Of a stretch of DNA of 64,000 bases, positions 42,601 to 50,617 are shown piece after piece. The stretch lies in the sequence record LC680885.1. One strand, 5' to 3'. The first letter of the stretch is position 1, and every line of letters begins with the position of its first letter. A program made the translations under genes and the position numbers. This stretch comes from Staphylococcus phage S6. The notes under the pieces were generated by a model. That model made no database searches, was not told where the DNA came from, and saw nothing but the letters and a program-made list of their open reading frames with translations.

Positions 42601-42605
42601 GCCAA
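36627..42605 (-). CDS. giant tape-measure-like virion protein A (1992 aa) with M23 peptidase and SGNH/GDSL hydrolase domains
   Basis: YGIDIG...H(x)D M23 motifs plus GSGHLHFQ. FMVGDSIGAG (GDS block) and DGLGVHPN (DxxH) indicate an SGNH hydrolase. Gly/Lys-rich tape-measure-like core. It is a paralog of protein B. Confidence 0.7.
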   Translation of the reverse strand: MAKNNRNKKNIRQLENNNKSTVIKNASKNTGRILFNAFIKSNPSLDAIVGDSGLKLFNNDERRLKKFSEVKGSTNDLLKTLKNKSNENDLFSSSNEKLSNEKPEYESVTEYIDNPDGTKSEIVSLSDKKKSKITNSPLVAMNNLAEINQRGFVGTNIALNNYSLSMQATNSLVDSALSNLSTIQDGIYQNTIMEENTKRNKQSKLHSILNGNISLLKYLDEKTNPENLLMGMMSGDQLKSMLMGVAKNPIEFAATQGAKIAFNKLLYGDIGGYDPEGDNKNIFNRLNKRFDPQNIGSMLINRNLDEDSKLTKGLERLTGNDNKYISNLGNALSGRLDQFKEEVLGDGKGGISLKNKRKKDTPVQFDMESHTSINKVIPDFLSRLQGNLIAKKEGRSGGLADNAELGSIYNYRKGVWENRGSAKKKDLDKIKSDSLFNFKDTYLGKELLSKLDNDEERTKEVLAELTKIDKPIQKTSKLKEIVNQKNINVNTESLSEVFEKNSAKFNTDLFNIKKSISKTLDKKDNSRIMAFTEIEGLNKSNSTYSRSNNNDNINQIKDFGNINWENSDLEEIKNIFLEIERKLDNNFSNDNINNNKEFINNKVNTINSIIDKGKSFPILSGNNGNNEAHASVMDKLNSLSNAVSKAKEYKENPTSAIKDMVSSASSRVNSTQENTQPDQDDEYPYQNINQSSIIDNNPLMDLMKNIPGLNKLSINNNEANKDAYTKEPSKTIDDLTREEKEKKAKSTIIDLVKTAFGNDPTIKKDMEDSQDAGALERMKQGLSTADAGKSGEDVMSKITGSNKKEIAESIRGNINFGKGGEAEKSIGAKKMMNGMLDFSKMGPVLFAGTSAAVLGSLMKGKNGKKDLEPGKKGFLASAGGFLGNAAMLGAGGFLAAKFGPKLLSKLLPSGIGKFFTSMPGMLGKIGGGIKNIAGKFGLGKLFRGIKGAPKKIGNVFKGIGKFAKDKLPSVKSLGKMVIGKGAGLVKKGLSAGKTIGKVAKSGISKIFNKKNASAATKGISKFASKGFNRAKSIGKGLFGGAKKLGGKAFGAIGKAKNKLFGKGAMKAGGKFALKAGLKTALPFIPFVGPVIGAAMWAPDIIKTIKHPIESLKHPIKTLGSFFGIGEHPGDKIEDEAKSKEEKHTEDQTGLGRLILSTSKLMFRASPMFPLAKVGGDMFKTITDNKMKSGPKAEEDIQKDMFMSTPLGSLYQIAKGGIDFSKYGKGEIGDWFSRFLVKMEEMVVAMSKMKNSSGGDSGGDGEPEVSGEAGEVDMNTKKIVPGSINQIPDGTVGAWMKKIPSAAIWQPYGNYSGLSFNGGKHYGIDIGMLPGQKVKCMVEGTVIRSNTDPGGGNIVQVKSPGNIYSTYMHLTKQLVKKGDKVKIGQVIAISGNTGANTAGSGHLHFQINKGKPGGWAMEKNSVDPSPWIKAPLKGSKGGSDEDKGSKAGKSKKGKKGGAAFDPTVKMVDGGYKSQEVKEAKRQRAKEVRNDRALLNKLENNQKKTEEKAEKEKTKIYNSDIYNIKKIKKRVDNFIKDRFPFSNTPEAIRKIAKTVTGGGGGGKSYNKVFMVGDSIGAGAASEIRKSVSKIQINAVPSRTYSSGGPSPNGKNVLESNKKKYNKDKNAIIVQLGTNGGLTTGNVKEIEDMYDKADVYFVNTYVDPEKRKGSDISDIIEATNKAIESSDSKVIDWNSKASSDMIENDGLGVHPNSKGKKALASTIKETIGGGGSSSSASKSDEDDKEGNSESGPGASEYSFKNGTWYGSITGRDDNRMDEDEQEELNDRLMKRYAQIYGIDYEEAKKIDQEQQEKKKSEAGKKKSESGSGSSGSGSEDSGDEESSDSSDSSASPSKPQESRSQITNNKNIGNPPVFQLPTLANSGFSNINRGNNNVNNQGSKNTKTVNNNYQNGQSNVINNENVNKEFIKGKNRVTNHYNKIVNNHKNSKIENGNSGYTYDYEKLWYSDDLVRMLANIDRNTLASTKELDRLLEELK

Positions 42606-42683
42606 ACTTCAAATTCACCCCTAACATGATTTTCTTAATACATATATGTTTCTATCAGATTCATATAGATTAAATTAAAGGAT

Positions 42684-42746
42684 AAAAAAAATAAAATATT
42701 CACCCTAACACAAATAATCCAATTAAGGACTAAATGTGTTAGGGTG
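42684..42746 (-). terminator. intrinsic terminator on minus strand
   Basis: CACCCTAACACA...TGTGTTAGGGTG stem with a U-run on the minus strand (plus-strand A8 at 42685-42692). Confidence 0.55.
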
Positions 42747-42754
42747 AATTAATA

Positions 42755-43423
42755 TTATTTATTCTTGACTACATCTTGTATTTTATTCAATACACTATCT
42801 AAATTTTTAGTATAAACTAAATTAGTAAATAATACATCTAATAAAAATACTATCGTTTTATGAGTGATATAAAATAAATTATTAACTATTTTATCTTGTT
42901 CTTCTTCGCTAATTTCTTCTTTATCTTGATGATATTTTCTATTAGGTAATGAACGTCTACTTAATCCCATATATTCAACTAAATATTCATTTAATTTCGT
43001 TTTAATATCATCAAGTCTATCATAATCACTAATACTCTTATCGTTAGCTAAAAGAAGAGTTTTGTTATAATCGATATTACTTGTTTGAAGAAATTTATTG
43101 TCCATATATTTACTTAATAATGTTGAATTGATAGATATTAAGTAAAGAATAATATCTAATAATTCTTTTGATGCATTATTAATATATTCAAACTTCTGAG
43201 ACTGATTGTATTCAGGATTATTAGTAATTTGATTTATTTCATAATTAAATTCATGAATTTCTTCAACTATTTGAGGTATGAATCTATCTACCATTTGATG
43301 TAATTCCTCATTACCAAAATCGTAACGAGAAATTACATTTACATGATTTATATACATAGCACTTATATCTAATTCAATAGATTCTCTTTTCTTATAAAAA
43401 TGTTTCATTGACAATTCCTCCAT
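42755..43423 (-). CDS. hypothetical protein (222 aa) upstream of tape-measure-like gene (chaperone-like position)
   Basis: ORF with an unusually close RBS (AAACATGGAGGAATTGTCAATG, GGAGG 1 nt before the ATG). It sits 7 nt downstream of the previous ORF's stop. Confidence 0.45.
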   Translation of the reverse strand: MEELSMKHFYKKRESIELDISAMYINHVNVISRYDFGNEELHQMVDRFIPQIVEEIHEFNYEINQITNNPEYNQSQKFEYINNASKELLDIILYLISINSTLLSKYMDNKFLQTSNIDYNKTLLLANDKSISDYDRLDDIKTKLNEYLVEYMGLSRRSLPNRKYHQDKEEISEEEQDKIVNNLFYITHKTIVFLLDVLFTNLVYTKNLDSVLNKIQDVVKNK

Positions 43424-43437
43424 GTTTTTAATTGGTC

Positions 43438-44355
43438 TTATCTAAAACGTTTTTTGTATTCTTCTTCATATTTAGCATTGACATCTGAAACTTTAATATC
43501 TTTACCATCATCTGTTTTAAAGTTATCTTTATCAATTTCTTCACCTTTAATTACTTCTTTATCTTCATTTTCTACTTTAGCTACCATAGCAATATGAGGT
43601 GGTACAAATGATGCTTGTTTAACTGTTTCCATTTTAGCATTATGAATACGACCTTTAATTAATTTACGAGAGAAATGTACATTTTTCATAGTTAATGTTT
43701 TACCTTTAACTAATGCATTTTCTCTAAGTGCATCAATTTCATTAATAATATCACTTAATTCTTTTTTAGAATATCTATTATCTTCTAGATTTGTTACTAA
43801 GTCATTAATAAGTTCTTCTTTAGTATAAGATTTCTCACTGAATTTTTTAACATTTTTCTTTCTACTAGTCATTTTCTTTTTACCAACCTTCTGATTTGAT
43901 TTAGTTTTTGTACTTTGTTTCTTTTCTTTTAATACTGGATTCTTAACTTCTTCTTTAGTCTCTTCTTGCTTAGTTTCTACTTTATCCTCTTCTTGTTTAG
44001 TTTCTTTTTGCTTAATTTCTTTTGCTTTCTCTGGATTTAAACCTGAAGCTGTTACAGTTACTTTATCATAAGAACTTTCTGTTGGAATATCCTTAAGATT
44101 AATTTCAACATCTTTAAGTTCATCTGAATTGATGAAAATTTCTTTTTTATCATAATTAATCTTAATAACATCATCATCTTCAGGAATTAAAACTAAATTC
44201 TTTCTGTCATATTTCTCTGGAATAGTTTCGATATCAAATGTAATTGTATCTCCTTCATATCCTTGTTCTTCTGATAATTTAATCTTAGCTGACTCTAATA
44301 CAGTTAAATCCTCTTTTTCTTTTGTAACTTTCTTTCTTGTAATTGCCATATCCAA
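43438..44355 (-). CDS. hypothetical K/E-rich protein (305 aa)
   Basis: First ORF of the minus-strand tail operon. AAGGAGAG RBS. Confidence 0.45.
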   Translation of the reverse strand: MDMAITRKKVTKEKEDLTVLESAKIKLSEEQGYEGDTITFDIETIPEKYDRKNLVLIPEDDDVIKINYDKKEIFINSDELKDVEINLKDIPTESSYDKVTVTASGLNPEKAKEIKQKETKQEEDKVETKQEETKEEVKNPVLKEKKQSTKTKSNQKVGKKKMTSRKKNVKKFSEKSYTKEELINDLVTNLEDNRYSKKELSDIINEIDALRENALVKGKTLTMKNVHFSRKLIKGRIHNAKMETVKQASFVPPHIAMVAKVENEDKEVIKGEEIDKDNFKTDDGKDIKVSDVNAKYEEEYKKRFR

Positions 44356-44683
44356 ATCTCTCCTTATATAAAATAATTTGAAGCTAATATTCTTACTAAC
44401 TTCATTAAAATAATATATATTTATATTATTAATTGAAGTTTATAAATTTTTATTATTAGAGTTTTTCTATGATCCAGAGTATTAATATATTTTATTAATT
44501 AAAAATATATTTATTAATAATATTTATATTAATATTAATTATTAAATTTATAATTACTTACTAATATAAGTAATATATTAATACAAAATTTTAAAAATTT
44601 ATAAATAAAAATTTTATAAAATCTGAATAACCAATTTATATTAATTAAAAAATCAATGACGTTTAAAAATATAATAAATTTGA
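44356..44683. promoter_or_regulatory. about 330 bp extremely AT-rich divergent intergenic region (divergent promoters; candidate replication or regulatory region)
   Basis: It lies between the 5' ends of the minus-strand tail operon and the plus-strand helicase gene. Iterated ATTAAT/TTAATA repeats and an imperfect palindrome TTACTAATATAAGTAA. Confidence 0.4.
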
Positions 44684-45910
44684 TTGAGGTGTATTAAGAT
44701 AATGGGTTTAAATAAAAAACAAGAAGAAGGATTAAGATTAGCTAAAGAATGGTATAATAATGATAGTCATAGACCTTTTGTATTATCAGGTATTGCTGGA
44801 AGTGGGAAGTCATTTACAATGACTAAAATAATTGATTCTTTAGGCTTACATGAAGCTAATGTTTCTTTTATAGCATATACAGGAATGGCTGCAGGTGTAT
44901 TAGTCAAAAGAGGTTTGAATGCTACTACAATCCATAGAACTATTTATAATCATTTTATGGATGAAAAAACTGGTAAAGTGAATTTTAGATTAAAAGATGA
45001 ATTACCGAGAGATATTAAATTAATAATTATAGACGAAGTTTCAATGGTTCCTATGAAGATGATAGAAGAAATTCAAAGTTTTGGAATACCTATACTATGT
45101 TTAGGAGATCCAGCACAGCTTAAAAGTTTATCAGGAAGAAATGAATTACTAGATAAACCTGATATATTCTTAGATGAACCAGTAAGACAATCATTAGATA
45201 ATCCTATACTTGTTGCAGCTAATTTAGTTCGTAATGGTAAAGATTTAGAATATGGTTCATATGGAGATAATGTACATGTAATTACTTCAGATGAATTGAC
45301 TTTAGATATGTATCAGAATGCAGATCAAGTTCTAATGAGCTATAATAGAACAGTGGATCAATTTAATAGATTCTATAGAAGTCAAATATTAAATATTGAT
45401 GTTGAAAATAATCCATTTCCTAAAGAAGATGAAAAAATTATTTGTCTAAAGAATAATTGGTCTAAAGTAGTTAATGAAGGTAATATAACTCAGTACTTAA
45501 CTAATGGTTTGATTGGTAATATAACTAGATCTGGTAAAAAGAAACCTATGACTAAATCAACTCAGTTGGATTTTAAACCTAAAGGTTTTGAATTAGAAAG
45601 GTTTAGTAGAATATATTACGATGATTTAATTTTTGAAGGTACTATTGGAGATCAACAAGAACTATTTGATTTAAGATTCAAAGATAATGAAATTAATAAA
45701 ATATTTAAGAAACGATATGTAACTGAAATGTCTGATTTTGGTATGAAAGTAAATCCATTTAATTTTGCATACGGAATTACTATTCATAAATCTCAAGGTT
45801 CTGAATTTGATAATGTAATAGTATTTAGTGAAAATATGAGTAAAGATAGATTCAAGTCATTATATACAGCTATTACTCGTGCTAAAAAGAATTTGATTGT
45901 AGTTCAATAA
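44684..45910 (+). CDS. dda: Dda/RecD-like SF1 DNA helicase
   Basis: Walker A GIAGSGKS, Walker B IIIDEVSM, and C-terminal GITIHKSQGSEFDNVIVF. Confidence 0.85.
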   Translation: MRCIKIMGLNKKQEEGLRLAKEWYNNDSHRPFVLSGIAGSGKSFTMTKIIDSLGLHEANVSFIAYTGMAAGVLVKRGLNATTIHRTIYNHFMDEKTGKVNFRLKDELPRDIKLIIIDEVSMVPMKMIEEIQSFGIPILCLGDPAQLKSLSGRNELLDKPDIFLDEPVRQSLDNPILVAANLVRNGKDLEYGSYGDNVHVITSDELTLDMYQNADQVLMSYNRTVDQFNRFYRSQILNIDVENNPFPKEDEKIICLKNNWSKVVNEGNITQYLTNGLIGNITRSGKKKPMTKSTQLDFKPKGFELERFSRIYYDDLIFEGTIGDQQELFDLRFKDNEINKIFKKRYVTEMSDFGMKVNPFNFAYGITIHKSQGSEFDNVIVFSENMSKDRFKSLYTAITRAKKNLIVVQ

Positions 45911-45930
45911 TATGTATAAGGATGATATAA

Positions 45931-46182
45931 GTGGATAATAATAATGTAAGTAGTAAAATCAATAAAAATCAATTACAAACAGCAATGAATAATATGTCTA
46001 AAAATATAAATGGTATAAGTAGAAAGATAACAGGACAAGATAAAATTGATGAAATTAATAAACTTAAAAGAGAAAATGAAGAATTACATCGTTTTCTCTT
46101 TAAGATCTATCAAGATGATGAATTTGATAGGAAAGAATTGAAGAAAATTATATTTAAAGATGTAAATAAAAAATTTAAATAA
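45931..46182 (+). CDS. small coiled-coil protein (83 aa), C-terminus ...KDVNKKFK
   Basis: First member of a tandem small-ORF array. Its C-terminus is related to the K[ED]N[FL]K family. Confidence 0.4.
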   Translation: MDNNNVSSKINKNQLQTAMNNMSKNINGISRKITGQDKIDEINKLKRENEELHRFLFKIYQDDEFDRKELKKIIFKDVNKKFK

Positions 46183-46184
46183 GG

Positions 46185-46391
46185 GTGATTAATTTGAATT
46201 CAGATATCCGAATAGATAGAAGTGGCCTTTATATACAATCTAATGAGAAGCAGATGAAAGGACAAATTAAAATTATAGAAGAAAACAAAAAATTAAAAGA
46301 TTTTATTATTGATATTAAAAATAATGGTGGCTATGATGAAAAGGAATTAAATAAAATAGTAAATGAAATTGTTAAGGAGAATTTAAAATAA
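46185..46391 (+). CDS. small protein (68 aa) ending IVKENLK
   Basis: AAGGGTGATTAA RBS-like sequence. Conserved C-terminal tag. Confidence 0.45.
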   Translation: MINLNSDIRIDRSGLYIQSNEKQMKGQIKIIEENKKLKDFIIDIKNNGGYDEKELNKIVNEIVKENLK

Positions 46392-46846
46392 TGTCAAATG
46401 AAAAAGTTATTGCTAAAGAATTAACGTTAGACCAGAAAATTAAAATGTTAGAACCAAAGATAGATGAAGAGACTTATTTAAGACCATTAAGTCAAGTGGA
46501 TGAGTCTTTTTATAATGAAGTTATTAAAGATGAATTAATTGAGAAAATTAATAATGAAGACCATAAATTTGAAAATAATTTCGATTATCATATATTTAAA
46601 AATGGACCAATACAATTACTAGGTTTCATTTATAAATTTGAATTTAATGAAAATGCAGTAAATGTTAAAAAAGAAAAACCTAATGAAGGTAATATCTATT
46701 TTGGAAGCTTTATATTAAATAATAAAAATAAAAAAGATGATTCAATATATTTACTTAGAGTTGATAGCAGCTTAGTTGATTTTAGTCTATTAGAAAATAA
46801 AAAATATAAAGAATTTGGTAGAAACTTATTTAAATTAATTAAATAG
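46391..46846 (+). CDS. hypothetical protein (151 aa)
   Basis: ATG overlaps the previous stop (TAATG). AAGGAG RBS. Confidence 0.45.
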   Translation: MSNEKVIAKELTLDQKIKMLEPKIDEETYLRPLSQVDESFYNEVIKDELIEKINNEDHKFENNFDYHIFKNGPIQLLGFIYKFEFNENAVNVKKEKPNEGNIYFGSFILNNKNKKDDSIYLLRVDSSLVDFSLLENKKYKEFGRNLFKLIK

Positions 46847-46857
46847 GAGTGATATAA

Positions 46858-47136
46858 ATGGATAAAGAAATCGAAGATTTAGCAGGAAAAATAAATAATC
46901 TAGAAATTGACCTTAAAGGGATGAATTACAGATTATCTAATGATAAACAAGTTATTGATTTTGAAATAAATAAAATTAATGAATATATTAAATTTTTACA
47001 TGAAGAAAATCAAAGCATCAAAAAAGAAAATATGTTGTTAAAAGAAGCAATAGTGTCTATTTCTAAACATACAGAATTTAAGAATGATTATATAAATAAA
47101 CTGTCTAAAGAAATTGTTAAAGAAAATTTTAAATAA
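46858..47136 (+). CDS. small coiled-coil protein (92 aa) ending IVKENFK
   Basis: AGGAGTGATATAA RBS. Conserved C-terminal tag. Confidence 0.45.
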   Translation: MDKEIEDLAGKINNLEIDLKGMNYRLSNDKQVIDFEINKINEYIKFLHEENQSIKKENMLLKEAIVSISKHTEFKNDYINKLSKEIVKENFK

Positions 47137-47156
47137 TAAAGAGATGTGATTTTATT

Positions 47157-47432
47157 TTGAATAATGAAAAAAGTTTAATTAAGCGTATGGAAGATTTAGA
47201 AGAACGTACTAGAATGAATGAAATTAAATTAAATACTATGAAAGATAATTATCATTATATAAATGACATTATAGGCACATTAATTAATAGAATAGAAAAT
47301 TCTAATCAAACTAATGAAAAGAAATTAGATGAAATAAGATTAGAGTTAGTCCGTCTTTCTAACGAATTAAATTCACATTCTGAAGTAACTAAAAAGTATC
47401 TAAAGAATTTTATCAAAGATAATCTTAAATAA
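47157..47432 (+). CDS. small coiled-coil protein (91 aa) ending FIKDNLK
   Basis: Conserved C-terminal tag. TTG start per the ORF track. Confidence 0.4.
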   Translation: MNNEKSLIKRMEDLEERTRMNEIKLNTMKDNYHYINDIIGTLINRIENSNQTNEKKLDEIRLELVRLSNELNSHSEVTKKYLKNFIKDNLK

Positions 47433-47436
47433 AGGA

Positions 47437-47724
47437 ATGAAGTGTATGAAGACTATTAAAAGAATAATTGGTTCAGAAGAATTTATCAATACGGTAAAGA
47501 AAACTATAGCTAGAACTAAGAAAGCAGAAGAAAAATTTTATGATTTAAATAATAGAGTTGATAAAGCTTTATCTTTAGCTAGTAGAGTTGTTGAAGATAA
47601 TAAAGAAAAAGAAAGACAAATTAAAGAGCTAAAAGAAGCTTTATCTAAAGAAAAAATTAATAACAGAAGCATAAAATCCCGATATAATAGATTATTATAT
47701 AAAAATGGAAATGGAGGGAAATAA
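47437..47724 (+). CDS. small coiled-coil protein (95 aa)
   Basis: AAAGGAATGAAG RBS-like sequence. Part of the array. Confidence 0.4.
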   Translation: MKCMKTIKRIIGSEEFINTVKKTIARTKKAEEKFYDLNNRVDKALSLASRVVEDNKEKERQIKELKEALSKEKINNRSIKSRYNRLLYKNGNGGK

Positions 47725-47729
47725 TAATT

Positions 47730-47957
47730 ATGAACTCAAATATTAATTTTAATGATAATGGATCATCTATGGATGAACTATATTCAAGAATGCAACTTAG
47801 AGCCGCTAAACAAGTAGAAAAAGATATATTGGGAGATAATGAAAAAGATTCCCTAGAAAAAGAAGTAAAAGAACTTAGAGAACTTGTTCTTGAAGTAGCT
47901 AAAAAGTATGATGTTAAAGAAATAAAAGAATATCTAGTTAGAAAAAATATGAAATAG
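47730..47957 (+). CDS. small coiled-coil protein (75 aa) ending LVRKNMK
   Basis: Tandem array member. Its C-terminus is a degenerate form of the tag. Confidence 0.4.
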   Translation: MNSNINFNDNGSSMDELYSRMQLRAAKQVEKDILGDNEKDSLEKEVKELRELVLEVAKKYDVKEIKEYLVRKNMK

Positions 47958-47982
47958 TGTTTAAGAAAAGAGTTGAATAAAA

Positions 47983-48174
47983 TTGGTTGAAAATGATTTA
48001 GATATCTTTAAAGCAATTGAAAAAGCAACTAATAATATCTTAGATAAAAATGAAAAACTAAAAAGTGAGAATTTAGAACTTAAAGAATTGATATTAGATA
48101 TTTCTAAAGAATATAATATAAAAGATAAAAGAATAACTGAAATAAAAGTTGATCTAGCAAAAAATAAGAGGTAA
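47983..48174 (+). CDS. small coiled-coil protein (63 aa)
   Basis: Last array member. Its stop codon lies inside the terminator stem. Confidence 0.35.
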   Translation: MVENDLDIFKAIEKATNNILDKNEKLKSENLELKELILDISKEYNIKDKRITEIKVDLAKNKR

Positions 48175-48197
48175 TGACAAATTAATGTCATTACCTC
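48168..48197. terminator. bidirectional terminator hairpin
   Basis: GAGGTAATGACA...TGTCATTACCTC. It lies between the convergent small-ORF array and the minus-strand 742-aa ORF. Confidence 0.55.
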
Positions 48198-48210
48198 AAT
48201 TATACTGCTT

Positions 48211-50439
48211 TTAGTCATCATATTTATCTTTATATTCATAATAACTATCAAATTGAACTTCTAAACCTGAGAAAGCTGAAATGAATCCCATTCTACCTTC
48301 CATATTGATATTTTCAATATCTTTAAAATCAACATCTGGTTTACGATAATTGAAATTCTTATTTTTGTCTATAAATATTCTAATTCTATTTTCATTTTTA
48401 ATAATCTTGATATACTTGTTATTAATGTCTAATGGAACATGATTAGTTAAAAATAATTGTTTTTCTGATTCATCTTGGAATATTTCTTTAGGTTTTCCAA
48501 ATACTTTATCAATTTCATAGAAACCAGTTTTCATTATACGGTCAGGATCTTTCATTACATCTCCATCATTTAGATCAAAGTAAGGAACATCCCAATTTTC
48601 TTGTTGAGAAGCTATCCAAAGCATGTAACCTGAATTGAGTTGAGTGTTATAATCAAATACGATTCCTGCTCCACCAGTTTTATTTTTATTAATTACTTTA
48701 AATGTCATAATATAATTTTTAGGGAATTTAAAGTTTTGACTATACACATAATTTAATGCATCATCATCGAATTTAGTTGTTCCATCTATGAAGCTGATAT
48801 ATCCATAATTACCTAATGACTGTTTAGATAAAGTTTTATTATAAAATCCTGTATAAGTTTGAGTTTCTACAGGGAATGTACCATATGATCTTAATGCAAC
48901 TATCATAGGATTAAAGTATATTCCTGATCTACTCTCATCATAGAAATAATCAGAACCATCTGGATTTTTAAGTGAATAATTATACTCCAACTCAACATTA
49001 TACCAATCTTCTTTAGTTACGATAAATGTATTATCGAATTCTTCATGACTAATTCCAGCTATTTCAAATTCATCTAAACTAACTTGAATTATTTCATTTG
49101 GATCAACGTCATCAACAAAATTTGTTAATTTGACTTCTATTTCCATTCTCTTAATATTTTTCATATTGTACATCATATGTTTAAGATATGATTTTTGACC
49201 TTGAGTATTATAATTTTTATTATTTGAAGGGAATATATTTTCTACTTTTTTAACTTTACCTGTATTTGATGTTAATGTGATATCATAAACTAACTTAGCT
49301 GTAGGATGATTATTATCTTTAAAGTTAGTTGAATATCCCATATTAAAAGCAAAGAAATCATAATTTAATAAACGTTTAATATTCATTCTAGGATTTTCAT
49401 TTTCATCATCTAAAGTTATTTTAACAAATGATGCAGAATTTTCATCTTCTTTATCAGATTTACTTAAAATATCTCCTTTAACTTCATATAAACCGGTTTC
49501 TTGATTAAAACTTACTGAAGATAATCTTGTTGATTCAAGATTAGAATGACTTACATCTTCATCATTAGCTTTTCTTAAATCAAATATAGCTGTAGGTGCT
49601 TTAAATTGATAGTTCTCTGTAGCATTAATTATATTAAAACCTTTTCGATCTGTTATTTTTAATTTAGATGTACCATTTTGTAAAGGTGCAAATAAATATT
49701 TCTCTCCTGGTTTAAAATACATTTTACCTTGAAATTTACGTGAAAAACCTTTTTTGTAAAATAGATGTGGTAGAGTTTTTAAACCATCGTTATTAAGTGT
49801 AAATGGTTCTACTAAATCTTTATTATCTGTATCAGGTCTATAGAATTTATGCTCATGAACTTCATGTCTTTCTCTTAGATATCTATCAGAAGTGATATTT
49901 TCTAATTTATCTTCAAAATCAGTTTCAGGTACAAACGGTATAATTCTAGGATCGTTATAACCCGGAGTAACTCTACCGGATTTTTCTTCAGTACTTTTCA
50001 TCATGTGTTTAAAAATAGGCTTGGGATTATTTTCAGTGCCTAATATTTCATTTTCTTCATTAATAATCTTATTTAAATCATTAATGACAGTCTCTGGGAA
50101 AATTTTTACAGTATCTGTATTAAATTGATCTACTGTTTGCATATCATTAACAAAAAGTAAAAGATACCAAAGATCAGTAGTTCCATATAGTTCATTAGAT
50201 AGATATTCAGGCCGATAGTGATATGATTTTGATAAGTCATAATCTATTAAATCTCTTTTAAGTACATTTTCATATTTTTTTAGTAATGGTAAACTAAAGA
50301 CAGCTTGTTTTTCAAATAAATACCATTCTGATATATTATTAAGTAATATTTTATTCGTCTTGGAGTATTCTATTTCATCAGACATTTCAGGTACATCATT
50401 TCTACCCATATTGTTATTTCCTACGTCACGAATAAGCAA
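48211..50439 (-). CDS. hypothetical large protein (742 aa), candidate structural or receptor-binding protein
   Basis: Isolated minus-strand ORF inside a plus-strand block. Its beta-rich, N/G/Y-rich composition resembles fibre or baseplate proteins. No catalytic motif seen. Confidence 0.45.
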   Translation of the reverse strand: MLIRDVGNNNMGRNDVPEMSDEIEYSKTNKILLNNISEWYLFEKQAVFSLPLLKKYENVLKRDLIDYDLSKSYHYRPEYLSNELYGTTDLWYLLLFVNDMQTVDQFNTDTVKIFPETVINDLNKIINEENEILGTENNPKPIFKHMMKSTEEKSGRVTPGYNDPRIIPFVPETDFEDKLENITSDRYLRERHEVHEHKFYRPDTDNKDLVEPFTLNNDGLKTLPHLFYKKGFSRKFQGKMYFKPGEKYLFAPLQNGTSKLKITDRKGFNIINATENYQFKAPTAIFDLRKANDEDVSHSNLESTRLSSVSFNQETGLYEVKGDILSKSDKEDENSASFVKITLDDENENPRMNIKRLLNYDFFAFNMGYSTNFKDNNHPTAKLVYDITLTSNTGKVKKVENIFPSNNKNYNTQGQKSYLKHMMYNMKNIKRMEIEVKLTNFVDDVDPNEIIQVSLDEFEIAGISHEEFDNTFIVTKEDWYNVELEYNYSLKNPDGSDYFYDESRSGIYFNPMIVALRSYGTFPVETQTYTGFYNKTLSKQSLGNYGYISFIDGTTKFDDDALNYVYSQNFKFPKNYIMTFKVINKNKTGGAGIVFDYNTQLNSGYMLWIASQQENWDVPYFDLNDGDVMKDPDRIMKTGFYEIDKVFGKPKEIFQDESEKQLFLTNHVPLDINNKYIKIIKNENRIRIFIDKNKNFNYRKPDVDFKDIENINMEGRMGFISAFSGLEVQFDSYYEYKDKYDD

Positions 50440-50617
50440 AATTATTTCACTTCCATTCTTATTTTGTTATAATAAATGCATGTTAAAGTTCGAATGAGCA
50501 TATTAATAAAAAACTAAAAATTTCAACTAATATTTTAAATATATATTATTTTAATGAGATTGAGATGGAATTAATCTTAATACTCAAAAATAAAAATTTT
50601 TAATTACAAGGAGAGAT

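Noticed and set aside
50440-50617. GTTCGAATG in the intergenic region upstream of the AAA ATPase, tRNA T-loop-like
   Set aside because: The flanking bases cannot form a T-stem or acceptor stem. No cloverleaf is possible. It is read as a chance match in AT-rich DNA, and no tRNA was found anywhere in the window.
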